Shown in pieces: positions 10,018 through 18,981 of a DNA stretch of 64,000 nucleotides; within the stretch, counting starts at the first letter, position 1; each line of letters begins with the position of its first letter. The position numbers were made by a program, and so were the translations under genes. Location: assembly GCA_965207975.1 (NCBI GenBank), contig OZ242315.1, forward strand, positions 5,975,197 through 6,039,196, read 5' to 3'. Below the pieces are notes generated by a model. The model was not told where the DNA came from, did not search any database, and worked only from the letters and a program-made list of their open reading frames with translations. This DNA comes from Candidatus Poribacteria bacterium. GTDB taxonomy: Bacteria > Poribacteria > WGA-4E > PCPOR2b.

Positions 10018-10389
10018 GATGTTACCTCTTTTCTGTTAGAAATTATCGTGTCTTATTAAAAAAAAACGTGTTCTTCACCGTGGGGGCGGCGAAGGATTAT
10101 TTTAACCCTCTTTAAGAACGGCAAGATTGCGAATCTTGATACAAAAACTGTGAAGGTTGCCCATTGTTACTATGAGAAGGATTCGGTTGCGGGGTGATGG
10201 ACATCTCACTTTCGATATTGACAATTTGGTTCATTGGTTCATTAGTTCACTAGTTGATTGAACTAATAAGTTCTATACATTACGGGCGGCAATACCGCCC
10301 CTACAGGAAAAGCGTTGGATTTTCTTGGTAGCGTGGTAACTTGAGCCGTTTTGGGCGTAATTGGCATTACATTTGCATGGAGGAATACA

Positions 10390-11373
10390 ATGGCACAAAC
10401 AGGTACACAGGTTGTTGTTAGACCGGACAATAGCGTAGGAACGAAAGCGACTGAGATTCGATCGCCAGGAAGAGGTGAGGTACTTGTCGAGACAGTGTGT
10501 ACGCTGATTAGCGCGGGCACTGAACTCGGTACGCAAGAGCAGGGACGGACAGACGATTTTACCCCCGGTTACTCAAACACCGGGCAAATTGCCGAGATCG
10601 GTGAGGGAGTGGAGGGCTACGAGATCGGGGAGCGTGTGTTGTCGCTGGGATGCCACGCCAGTCATGTAACTGTGTCGGCTGCACCACAATCGTTGGCGAA
10701 ACTGCCGGATAGCGTGTCCTTCGCTGAGGGCACTTTCGGTGTGCTTGGAAGTGTTGCGATGCACGGTGTCCGAAAAGCGCGGATTGAGCTGGGTGAGTTC
10801 GCCTGCATTACGGGGATGGGGCTTGTCGGTCAGTTGGCGTTGCAGCTTGCAGCGCAAACGGGTGCGGAGTTACTCTTTGCTATTGATTTGAGTGAGCCGC
10901 GATTAGAGGTGGCAAGGGGTTCGGGGGCGACGCATACCCTGAATCCGAAGCGGTGTGATCTTCGCTCCGAGGTGGATAGCATCACCGAGGGACGTGGATT
11001 GGACGTGACCATTGAAGCGTCCGGTTATCCGGAGCTGCTGCCGATTGCGTTTGATATGGCGCGGATTGGTGGGCGGATTATGGCGTTGGGATCAATCTGG
11101 CACCGAAAGGTCGAGGTGGATTTTATGGATTTTCACCTGAAGGAACTGACCTTAGTTGGGTGTCATCAGCCGAAATGTCCGACGGTTGCGACGCCTGCGT
11201 TTCCTTGGACACAGCAATATAACCGACGGCAGATTTTGAAGATGATTGAGCGCGGTGAAATCAATGTGGATCGTTTAATCACGCACCGACTGCCGTATAC
11301 AGAAGCGGGTGAAGCTTACCGGCTGCTGCGTGATGAGCGGGATAAATCGTTGGGGGTCGTGTTGACTTGGTAG
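10390..11373 (+). CDS. MDR-superfamily (GroES-like plus Rossmann) dehydrogenase
   Basis: GRGEVLVETVCTLISAGTE N-domain and ITGMGLVGQLALQLAAQTGA NAD-binding fold. Start moved to ATG 10390 (GGAGGA 6 nt upstream) rather than TTG 10351. No canonical GHE zinc motif was seen, so it may be a non-zinc MDR. Confidence 0.75.
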   Translation: MAQTGTQVVVRPDNSVGTKATEIRSPGRGEVLVETVCTLISAGTELGTQEQGRTDDFTPGYSNTGQIAEIGEGVEGYEIGERVLSLGCHASHVTVSAAPQSLAKLPDSVSFAEGTFGVLGSVAMHGVRKARIELGEFACITGMGLVGQLALQLAAQTGAELLFAIDLSEPRLEVARGSGATHTLNPKRCDLRSEVDSITEGRGLDVTIEASGYPELLPIAFDMARIGGRIMALGSIWHRKVEVDFMDFHLKELTLVGCHQPKCPTVATPAFPWTQQYNRRQILKMIERGEINVDRLITHRLPYTEAGEAYRLLRDERDKSLGVVLTW

Positions 11374-11380
11374 TGAAACG

Positions 11381-11460
11381 AAAAGAATAATTACGTAATG
11401 CGTAATGCGTAAAATGGTTTCTTACATATTATGTATTACGTATTACATAGCTTTTGTGCT
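11381..11460. repeat. Interspersed intergenic element carrying aatgcgtaa / ttacgtaat motifs and ending ...tattacgtattacatag; related copies at 37041-37118 and 47826-47856
   Basis: The 17-mer tattacgtattacatag is shared exactly with 37099-37115, and aatgcgtaa units are shared with all three sites. Confidence 0.5.
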
Positions 11461-11493
11461 TGATTTAAGCCTAACCATTCGGAGGATCGCAGT

Positions 11494-12978
11494 ATGGAAC
11501 ACACAAATATCACGGCGCGAGAAATTCGATTATTTGCGATACTCGCGCTCGTAGCAGGGATCATTTTTGACTACCTGTTTTTTGGAAAGGCAATCGGGAT
11601 TTCGTATCCGTTGTTTGTGGCTGTTTTCTACTGCGTATTCTGGGTTGTATCACACAAACGGGTTTCGTTCCAAATTGACTTTGGTTGGTTTCTGTTTATC
11701 CCTATTTTATTGCTCTCGGCTGCGTTTGCCCTCCATTCAAACCCGGTGTTGCTTGCTCGCAATTTTGTCCTGATTCCACTGCTCCTGTTTGTTCAGACGA
11801 CGCTGCTTGTCTATGGATATGAGTGGTCTAGCGTGCGATGCGTCGGCCGTTTTATAGGAAGATTGCTCAGTCGATTTTTTGACAATGCGCCAAAGGTATT
11901 CTTGGAGGTAATCTCGCTAGCAAAAGTCGCGTACAGAATGGCACCTGAAAAGCGTAAGACTCTCAAAAATATCCTCATTGGCTTGATAATTTCTGCGCCT
12001 CTCTTACTTATTGTAATTGCATTGCTCGCGGAGGCGGATACGGTTTTTCAAAATGTTATCGCTGATATTTTCAAGTCTTTGGAATTTATTGATTCTATTC
12101 CTTTCGCCGAGCATGTGGGAGTTATTGGGATTATTACAGTGTTGCTGTTTGGTTATTTAGCGGTTGTACTAAGGGCAGAGGTGGAGGGGGTGCCCGCACC
12201 GGTGGAGAGAGGTACAGGGGGCTGGGACACTACGATCGTTGTTACAGTTTTGGTGATGGTGAACGCTGTTTACATTCTCTTCTGTGGAATTCAGTTTACA
12301 TACCTTTTTGGGGGTGAGGAAGTGATTCGCTCTATCCCTGATTACACTTACGCAGAATACGCGAGACGGGGTTTTTCCGAACTAATTGTTGTTACCGTTA
12401 TTAACCTAAGCATTTTACTGATAGGTTTGCGCGTCACCAAAAATGATGGCAAGTTGGATCGCTTAGTTCTTATGCTGCGCTGTCTGCTTGTACTTTGCAC
12501 CGTGATTATGCTCTATTCCGCACACTTGCGATTGAAGTTGTATGAGGAGGCGTACGGCTACACCTACGCACGGATTTTTGCCCACACATTTATCGGCTTG
12601 CTTTTTGTGCTGTTTATGCTTACCTTTTACAAGTTCTGGCGGAGGGAATTCCCTTTGCTCAAAGCGTTTGCTATCGCGGCGTTGCTCGCCTATACCACCC
12701 TGAACTACCTCAACGTTGACGCAGTTATTGCACGGAAAAACGTCGATAGGTACTTTACGACCGGTAAGATAGATCTTGACTATTTGCAGGAGCTGTCCTA
12801 CGATGCGATACCGGAATTAACACGTTTGGGTGCTGCGGACAGTGGAGATGTGGATAGAAAGAAGGTGGGAGCATTTCTTCGTGAGAAACAGGCGGAGCTG
12901 CGTTCAGAAAACTCTTGGCGATCCTACAATCTCTCGAAAGCGAAGGCAAAACGGATTCTGTCTGAAATTCAGCAGTGA
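11494..12978 (+). CDS. Polytopic integral membrane protein of unknown function
   Basis: About 10 predicted hydrophobic helices across 494 aa; no catalytic motif recognised. Confidence 0.5.
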   Translation: MEHTNITAREIRLFAILALVAGIIFDYLFFGKAIGISYPLFVAVFYCVFWVVSHKRVSFQIDFGWFLFIPILLLSAAFALHSNPVLLARNFVLIPLLLFVQTTLLVYGYEWSSVRCVGRFIGRLLSRFFDNAPKVFLEVISLAKVAYRMAPEKRKTLKNILIGLIISAPLLLIVIALLAEADTVFQNVIADIFKSLEFIDSIPFAEHVGVIGIITVLLFGYLAVVLRAEVEGVPAPVERGTGGWDTTIVVTVLVMVNAVYILFCGIQFTYLFGGEEVIRSIPDYTYAEYARRGFSELIVVTVINLSILLIGLRVTKNDGKLDRLVLMLRCLLVLCTVIMLYSAHLRLKLYEEAYGYTYARIFAHTFIGLLFVLFMLTFYKFWRREFPLLKAFAIAALLAYTTLNYLNVDAVIARKNVDRYFTTGKIDLDYLQELSYDAIPELTRLGAADSGDVDRKKVGAFLREKQAELRSENSWRSYNLSKAKAKRILSEIQQ

Positions 12979-13066
12979 TCTTTATAGGCAAGTTGCTACC
13001 TAGCAACCGCAGAGACACAGAGAACGCAGGGAATAAGAAAATGGGTAAAACATCTTGGCTCATGCA

Positions 13067-13098
13067 GAAACCGAGTTTTCAAGAAAAAACTCGGTTTC
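13067..13098. terminator. Bidirectional hairpin gaaaccgagtttt-caagaa-aaaactcggtttc (perfect 13-bp stem) between convergent genes
   Basis: Perfect inverted repeat; same family as 357-388 and 15199-15229. Confidence 0.55.
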
Positions 13099-13129
13099 TC
13101 TTAGTGGGTTACACTTTTTTACATGAACC

Positions 13130-13342
13130 TCAACCTTCGTCGCTGGTGAAGCCGTGTGTCTTGCCGTAGCGAGGCAGCCAGTAGTCTAACCATGTCTGTT
13201 CGCATCGCTCATCGCAAAACTTTAGGGATTTGTCGTTGTATTCTACGCGCCATAGTCGTCTAACCAACATCTTTCCACAGAGATCGCAATGATGGATTTG
13301 TGTGGCGTATAGTGCATCAGAAATTGGTTCCCACTGAGCCAT
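13130..13342 (-). CDS. Small zinc-ribbon protein (C-x2-C ... C-x3-C), translationally coupled to the upstream hydantoinase-B gene
   Basis: HHCDLCGK...KFCDERCEQ four-Cys pattern; its start overlaps the stop of the HyuB gene by 1 nt. Confidence 0.45.
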   Translation of the reverse strand: MAQWEPISDALYATQIHHCDLCGKMLVRRLWRVEYNDKSLKFCDERCEQTWLDYWLPRYGKTHGFTSDEG

Positions 13343-15165
13343 TAGGATACCTCCTCTGTTCCGGAAGAATTCGACCTTTCGCGACGAAGGTTGATTGTCC
13401 TATTTTCATCAATATGCCATTCCCCCGCTTCCTGAACAAGTGCCACGGCATATATATCATGTGCTTCTTCGGGGGATACCAAGCCCTCATGGATATCAGT
13501 CAGCACCTCGTTGGGCTCCCGATGTTCAGGGGGTCCATACCCACCGCCCCCCGGGCTGACAATCCTAATTTCATCTCCGGCTTGGATTTGAATGTCGGCG
13601 AATTTGTTGGGGGAGGGAGTTCCATAGACTTCGGAGAAGGTTCGCCAACGGTCATCTCCACTTTTCCGGATCCGCACCGCGCCGCTCGATCCTTCTTGTC
13701 CTCCGAACAACCCCCACGCCCCTGTCTCATGCCTGTCCATAAAACTGGAAACCGTGATTTCCGGTGTGAGTGCTTCGATAACCCTTTCACTGCCGCATCC
13801 GCCGCGATGCTGACCGTGCCCACCCGAATCCTCGACGATACGATATGTTTTCGTCAACCAAGGATAGCGTGTTTCAAAGACTTCGACTGGCGTATTTCGG
13901 CAATTTCCATTAATTGGACATTGTGTGTGATTGCCGTCGCCGGTCGCCTTGCCGCCCCAGCCGCAGCCATCGATGTGGTAGTTTGCGTAATACTGTCCTG
14001 TGCTTGGGTGTATTCCTCCGAAAAGGAAGTTGCACGAACTGGCACCGGTCGCTGCGGCGACACGCTCCGGTACAGCACCTGATAGACATCCGAACAGGAC
14101 ATCGACGATCCGCTCGTGGATCTCGGAGTTGCCGCCGACACTGGGACCTGGGTGTTTCACGTTCACGACGGTGCCCGGCGGGACGATCAGTTGAATTGGT
14201 CGATAACATCCTGAGTTGCGGGGGATAGTCTGGTCGGTGATATTGAGCATTGCGTTGAACGTGGCAGATGCCGTCACACCGTAGGTGCAGTTGCAGGGAC
14301 CGCGCGCTTGGGGACTTGAACCGGTGTAATCAAAGAGGATGTTTTCGTCGTCCACGATGGCTGTGCAGTTGATCCGATACCGTTTGTCTGGAACGACACC
14401 GTCATTTTCGATCCAGTCGTCGAATTGGTATTCGCCGTTGGGGAGGTCTCGGATTTCTGCCCGCATTCGTGCCTCTGAATAGTCCATGAGCTGCTTCCCG
14501 GCGGTGAGGATTTCATCAAATCCGTAACGGTCAAGCAGTTCGTGGAGGCGCCGTTCCGCTACGTTGAGGGATCCAAGCATTGCGTGGAAATCGCCCCAAG
14601 AGGTGCGTGGTGTCCGGTGGTTTTCGAGGATAATTTTCCAGATGTCCTCAACGGGTTCCCCTTCTCGGATGATCTTGACCGGCGGCAATCGGAGGCCTTC
14701 TTGGTACACCTCCTTGGCATCGGCTGCAAAGCCGCCGACTGCTTTCCCACCGATCTCTGTAACGTGGGCGATGTTGCCGATAAACCCGTATAACTCGCCG
14801 TTGTGGTAGACTGCTTGGATCACTGTATGCTCCGGCATGTGACATCCGCCGCGATACGGGTCGTTGTGCATCACCACATCGCCGGGTTTGAAGTTCTCCA
14901 GACCGATTTCGGCGATTGTCCACTGCATGGTATAGAGAATTGCGCCGATCTGGGCGGGACAAAACTCCGCATAAGCGACCATCTCGCCATCACGGTCGAA
15001 GATGACGCAGGAGAAATCTAGTCCTTCGTTAAAGATGGAGGAGTATGAGGTCTTCATCATCGCCAATCCCATCTCACGACAGGTGTTGACGAGGTAGTTG
15101 TTGATGATAGTGAGTGTAACGCTGTCGATCGGTTTTTCTGTTTTCATTTTTTCTTTAATCAGCAA
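13342..15165 (-). CDS. Hydantoinase B / 5-oxoprolinase / acetone-carboxylase-alpha family protein (HyuB domain)
   Basis: N-terminal LTIINNYLVNTCREMGLAMMKTSYSSIFNEGLDFSCVIFDRDGEMVA matches the Hydantoinase_B signature region; 607 aa. Confidence 0.85.
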   Translation of the reverse strand: MLIKEKMKTEKPIDSVTLTIINNYLVNTCREMGLAMMKTSYSSIFNEGLDFSCVIFDRDGEMVAYAEFCPAQIGAILYTMQWTIAEIGLENFKPGDVVMHNDPYRGGCHMPEHTVIQAVYHNGELYGFIGNIAHVTEIGGKAVGGFAADAKEVYQEGLRLPPVKIIREGEPVEDIWKIILENHRTPRTSWGDFHAMLGSLNVAERRLHELLDRYGFDEILTAGKQLMDYSEARMRAEIRDLPNGEYQFDDWIENDGVVPDKRYRINCTAIVDDENILFDYTGSSPQARGPCNCTYGVTASATFNAMLNITDQTIPRNSGCYRPIQLIVPPGTVVNVKHPGPSVGGNSEIHERIVDVLFGCLSGAVPERVAAATGASSCNFLFGGIHPSTGQYYANYHIDGCGWGGKATGDGNHTQCPINGNCRNTPVEVFETRYPWLTKTYRIVEDSGGHGQHRGGCGSERVIEALTPEITVSSFMDRHETGAWGLFGGQEGSSGAVRIRKSGDDRWRTFSEVYGTPSPNKFADIQIQAGDEIRIVSPGGGGYGPPEHREPNEVLTDIHEGLVSPEEAHDIYAVALVQEAGEWHIDENRTINLRRERSNSSGTEEVS

Positions 15166-15198
15166 TTCGCAGTAGCGTGGTTGATTGAGTGTCCATCA

Positions 15199-15229
15199 GA
15201 AACCGAAGCTTTCCAAGAAACTCGATTTC
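15199..15229. terminator. Degenerate copy of the gaaaccga...tcggtttc hairpin family
   Basis: agaaaccgaagctttccaagaaactcgatttct, 3' of the lipoprotein gene. Confidence 0.35.
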
Positions 15230-15298
15230 TCGAATTAGAGCCTGTTTGGGAGGGTAGACAGCGAATCTACCTATTACAGGTGTCAACTCGATTAGGCT

Positions 15299-15781
15299 TT
15301 ATTTCTGTTTGAAGCTGATACTACGGCCATTATCACCGATGAGTGTAAGAATATTCCCTGCTCTAGACCATGTACCGGTGCTTTCTTTGAGAGAAGCGAT
15401 AGGAATCTCTTGTAGTGTGAGAGTATAGTTGGAACCAGAGAGGGAGTAAGTGCCCGTTGTTTTAGTTGAACTCGTTATTGCAATTGCGGAGTCTCCGCCT
15501 TGATTTCCAAGTTTAAAACTGATCTCCGCTTCCAACGTTCCATCGTCATTAAATGTCCAGTTGTTGGCAACAATGGAAACAGTTACTTCCTCTGTTCCCA
15601 ATTCTTGTTCCAAAACTTGTTCCAGAGTCTGACCATCAAAGGTTTCGAGACTCCATGTCCCGCCCCAGTTGTTATCATCAGCCCCATTATCATCACCGCC
15701 GCAACCGATAATTCCGACAATAAAAACTGTACAAAGGCTAGCTAACCGCAAAAACGGACAAGGAATTACTAGTTGAAACAT
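15299..15781 (-). CDS. Lipoprotein of unknown function (signal peptide plus lipobox IIGC)
   Basis: MFQLVIPCPFLRLASLCTVFIVGIIGCGGDDN...; start placed at the ATG with AGGAGA RBS (15779-15781) rather than the track start. Confidence 0.5.
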   Translation of the reverse strand: MFQLVIPCPFLRLASLCTVFIVGIIGCGGDDNGADDNNWGGTWSLETFDGQTLEQVLEQELGTEEVTVSIVANNWTFNDDGTLEAEISFKLGNQGGDSAIAITSSTKTTGTYSLSGSNYTLTLQEIPIASLKESTGTWSRAGNILTLIGDNGRSISFKQK

Positions 15782-15896
15782 TTTTTCTCCTGTTAAGTTA
15801 GAATAAACTTTACGTTTTAACCTTGAAGGGTCTCGCGTTGGACAGCTACTGCTGAATGGCTGCTGTTGTGAGCATCTCAAGGACTTGTGGGTGCGC

Positions 15897-17531
15897 TCAA
15901 GGTACTGTTGCTACAGCCCCAAACGCATCTGCAACCCACACCAGATCCAACATATTAACTACCCCATCTCCATTAATATCTGTTGCCAAATCCGGGCCTT
16001 CACTACCAAAAGCGGACGCAACCAAAACCAAATCTAGGAGATTCACGATGCCGTCGTCGTTGACATCCGTTGCAATCGGTGGTGGTTCTGTATCGGAGAT
16101 AACGTTAAAGATTACCGGATCATCTATAACCAATCCCGCAGCGGTTGCGGAAACGGTGTGTATTCCCAAATTCTCTCCTAGCGTGAGTGTGCTCTGCGCC
16201 CTGCCGTTTTGATGGGTGGTTGTGTGTGTGACACTGAGCGTTCCATCGCCGGCAGTTACGGCAAATGTCACCGGAACCCCCTCAAACGCGGAACCGTACT
16301 CATCTCGGATTTCAACGACAAATGGGTTCAGCATTACAGAGGGGGAACCGCGCTGATAACCTGATATTCCCAAGATTGTTGTTGGGGTACGGTGGCGAAA
16401 GCGGACGCTAACGCCTCTCGTTCTTAGGACCGGGATGTGTGTGTTAATCGATAGATAGCTCAGGGGATTTCCTCGCAGCGCAACCACGTCTTCAGCTCCC
16501 AATCCTGTATTTGCGACTAGGGTTGAGATATCCGATATGAAGTTATTATCAATCCACAGCCATTTAAGATTAGTCAATCTTGATAGAGGTGAAATGTCCG
16601 ATATGGAATTGTGCACGAGATCTAACTCCATCAGATTGATTAATCCTGCCACCGGCGAAATATCAGATATTAGGTTGCCTCCAAGATCTAGATCTATCAA
16701 GTTGGTCAAGTCTGATACCACTGAAATATCGGATATTGCGTTGCCTCCTAGGCGCAGTGTTGTCAGATTGGTCGAGCCTAACAACACTGAAATGTCGGAT
16801 ATTGCGTTGTCTCCAAGATTCAGTATCCTCAAGTTGGTCAAGCCTGATATTATCGAAATGTCGGATATTGTGTTGCCTCTTAGACGCAGTGTTGTCAGGT
16901 TGGTCAAGCCTGATACTATCGAAATGTCGGATATTGCGTTGTCTCCAAGATCTAACCGTCTCAGATTACTTAATTCTGCTATGGGTGAAATGTCTGATAT
17001 CATGTTGTATCCAAGATTCAGTTTTATCAGGTTAGTTAATCCCACTAAAGGTGACATATCGGATATAGAATTTTCCCAGAGATCCAGTTCTGTCAGGTCA
17101 GTCAATTTTGCTATAGGTGACATATCGGATATAGAGTTTTCTGAGAGAGATAGTCGTTTCAGATGAGTTAATTCCACTATAGGTGAAATGTCGGATATTG
17201 CGTTGCTTCCAAGTCCCAGTTGTGTAAGGTTAGTTAATCCCGCTAGAGGCGAAATATCGGATATAGAGTTGTTCCAGAGATCCAGTTCTGTCAGGTTGGT
17301 TGCAAACTCGAGCCCGGCCAAATCGCTTATGCTAGCTTCATCTGCTTCAAGGTAAGTCAAAGTTTCCATCTCTGCCACGGTGATTGTGGCACCTGATGTC
17401 TTACCGAAGGCGGCTTCGACGACAGCGCGGAGGTTGGGGTCGGGGATGTTCACTGTTTGTGCCGTTGTCGTCAACGGAATTGAGATGCAGATTAACAGGA
17501 AAAAAGTGAGACGAAACATTTGTGTTCTCAT
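15897..17531 (-). CDS. Secreted internalin-like leucine-rich-repeat protein with tandem dockerin-type Ca-binding repeats; a paralogue of 18982-21177 that lacks the T9SS C-terminal domain
   Basis: Signal peptide MRTQMFRLTFFLLICISIPLTTTAQ; about 15 22-residue LRR units (LTNLTxLxLxxNxISDISPLAGL); C-terminal VNDDGIVNLLDLVLVASAFG...DINGDGVVNMLDLVWVADAFG (dockerin type I pattern). Confidence 0.75.
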   Translation of the reverse strand: MRTQMFRLTFFLLICISIPLTTTAQTVNIPDPNLRAVVEAAFGKTSGATITVAEMETLTYLEADEASISDLAGLEFATNLTELDLWNNSISDISPLAGLTNLTQLGLGSNAISDISPIVELTHLKRLSLSENSISDMSPIAKLTDLTELDLWENSISDMSPLVGLTNLIKLNLGYNMISDISPIAELSNLRRLDLGDNAISDISIVSGLTNLTTLRLRGNTISDISIISGLTNLRILNLGDNAISDISVLLGSTNLTTLRLGGNAISDISVVSDLTNLIDLDLGGNLISDISPVAGLINLMELDLVHNSISDISPLSRLTNLKWLWIDNNFISDISTLVANTGLGAEDVVALRGNPLSYLSINTHIPVLRTRGVSVRFRHRTPTTILGISGYQRGSPSVMLNPFVVEIRDEYGSAFEGVPVTFAVTAGDGTLSVTHTTTHQNGRAQSTLTLGENLGIHTVSATAAGLVIDDPVIFNVISDTEPPPIATDVNDDGIVNLLDLVLVASAFGSEGPDLATDINGDGVVNMLDLVWVADAFGAVATVP

Positions 17532-17610
17532 GGGTTTATCTCCTGTGCGATTAGGAATGCGTGTGAGGTTTCTGTGGATTGATTGCTTGGTACTCTTATC
17601 CAGACGAAGA
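15915..17610. repeat. Copy 1 of a roughly 1.7-1.8 kb direct repeat (LRR gene body plus its upstream region); copy 2 is at about 19425-21257
   Basis: Near-identical blocks, e.g. 16021-16110 against 19531-19620, and the 5' ends/upstream regions 17520-17610 against 21160-21250; both are in the same orientation. Confidence 0.7.
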
Positions 17611-17747
17611 TCTCGGTTTCACTCGAGAGAGAATTTTATGCCGATCAGCATACTACAAAATCAGCATACTACAAAATAAGGGGGTAAGTCAACGTTTTTT
17701 TGGGATTCGATGTTCTTGGAGAGGTAATTTCCGCTCAGGTTTTTTGG

Positions 17748-17776
17748 TTTACAGCGACCTTCTGTCATGCTATAAT
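17748..17776 (+). promoter_or_regulatory. Strong sigma-70-type promoter TTTACA-N17-TATAAT with extended -10 (TGcTATAAT), upstream of ribE; a duplicated copy lies at 22388-22416
   Basis: Hexamers and 17-bp spacing read directly; about a 50-bp block including this promoter is repeated at 22372-22425. Confidence 0.6.
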
Positions 17777-17861
17777 AACTCACCTAACCCACGGTCAACA
17801 TCCCTGATAAAAATCGGGGGAACAAACCTTAATGGGGAGATTGAAACTAAAACAGATAGCC

Positions 17862-18506
17862 ATGTTCACAGGAATTGTTGCGGAGTTGGGAAACGTGAGG
17901 GCCGTTCAGCGCGGTTCACAAGCGGGAGTGCTGACTATTGCAGCCGCAGAGGTGTTATCGGATGGGGTTGTCGGGGATAGCATTGCGATAGATGGGGTCT
18001 GTCTGACAATCACCAATCTGGGGCACGACAGTTTCACAGCAGATGTTTCTGCCGAGACGTTGCGGCGCACAACTTTAGGCTACCTCAAACCGGGCGATCC
18101 GGTCAATCTTGAGAACCCATTGCGCTTGGTAGATCGGTTGGGCGGGCATCTCGTTTTAGGGCATGTTGACGAGGTGGGGACCATCAGCGGTTGGCAGGAT
18201 GAAGGTACATCATCTTTAATGCGCGTCTCGATTTCTGAGGAGACAATGCGGTATGTGGTGTATAAGGGATCGATCTGTGTTGACGGTGTCAGTCTGACAA
18301 TCTCAAACCTGTTTGACGACGGTTTTGAGGTCGCACTTATTCCCCACACCAAAGAGGTCACGACGTTAGGGCATAAACGGGTCGGCGCGCATGTGAATAT
18401 TGAGGTGGATATATTAGGGCGTTATATTGAACGGTTGTTGACCTATCCGTCTAGCGAAGGATCATCAATTGATATGGACTTCTTAGCAAAGCACGGATAT
18501 ATTTGA
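17862..18506 (+). CDS. ribE: Riboflavin synthase alpha subunit
   Basis: MFTGIV... start; two lumazine-binding repeats (DSIAIDGVCLTI / GSICVDGVSLTI). The ORF-track start at 17832 is an upstream extension. Confidence 0.9.
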   Translation: MFTGIVAELGNVRAVQRGSQAGVLTIAAAEVLSDGVVGDSIAIDGVCLTITNLGHDSFTADVSAETLRRTTLGYLKPGDPVNLENPLRLVDRLGGHLVLGHVDEVGTISGWQDEGTSSLMRVSISEETMRYVVYKGSICVDGVSLTISNLFDDGFEVALIPHTKEVTTLGHKRVGAHVNIEVDILGRYIERLLTYPSSEGSSIDMDFLAKHGYI

Positions 18507-18521
18507 AATCAAAATTTCGAC

Positions 18522-18690
18522 TATGATGAATTCTAAAAATAAATAGACACTTTCGCCCCTCGGTTTCGATCCCGATTCTCGGGATTCCGATGTATCGGAA
18601 CAGGAATACGGGAGGAAGAGAACGGTAGGTGCGGTTAGGAAACCGCACCGGCTTGGAGTGTCCCATTAATTCTAAGATTCACTATAATTG
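18522..18690. repeat. Intergenic repeat element, copy A (tatgRtgaattctaaaaataaatagac...ggtaggtgcggtt-loop-aaccgcacc...gagtgtcccattaattctaagatNNactataaNtg); copies B at 22213-22374 and C at 23014-23119
   Basis: Three copies share about 30-bp 5' and 3' ends and an internal 9-13 bp perfect hairpin (ggtaggtgcggtt/aaccgcacc); internal length varies (169, 162 and 106 bp). Confidence 0.65.
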
Positions 18691-18981
18691 CGAAAATTAT
18701 ATCTTATTTTATACACCGTATGCCTCTGTCTTTGACATACGCTCATGCAAATCCTCTTGTAGCTATCCTGATACATCGGGCTGATCTTCCACAGATTAGC
18801 CAACTTGTGCCTCGGCGGAATTTACCCCTTGGTTCTGACTGTTCAACTGCGTAAACCCTTTAATAACGCAAGTTGCTAGATTCTGTTGACCACCTGTTCA
18901 ACTTGCCCCGCCCGTTCGTGCCAAAAACTTAGTTTCTGTTGCACGATTTCTTTACATGAGCCTACTTTTTAACCCACTTTC

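Noticed and set aside
13300-14228. Several 60-260-aa ORFs (e.g. 13300-14082 +, 13910-14209 -, 13914-14228 +) overlapping the HyuB gene
   Set aside because: They lie antisense or out of frame within a well-supported 607-aa HyuB ORF, are Arg/Cys/Pro-rich, and are typical spurious reading frames in GC-rich coding DNA.
16537-17166. A 209-aa + strand ORF with its own repeat pattern (...MSDI...) opposite the LRR gene; also 20255-21211 opposite LRR2
   Set aside because: It is the mirror image of the 66-bp LRR tandem repeats, so its periodicity is inherited from the real gene on the other strand, and it has no start context.
17640-17672. The direct repeat cagcatactacaaaat x2
   Set aside because: It is only a 16-bp duplication in the LRR1 upstream region. 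It is probably a slippage product and too short to call as a feature.
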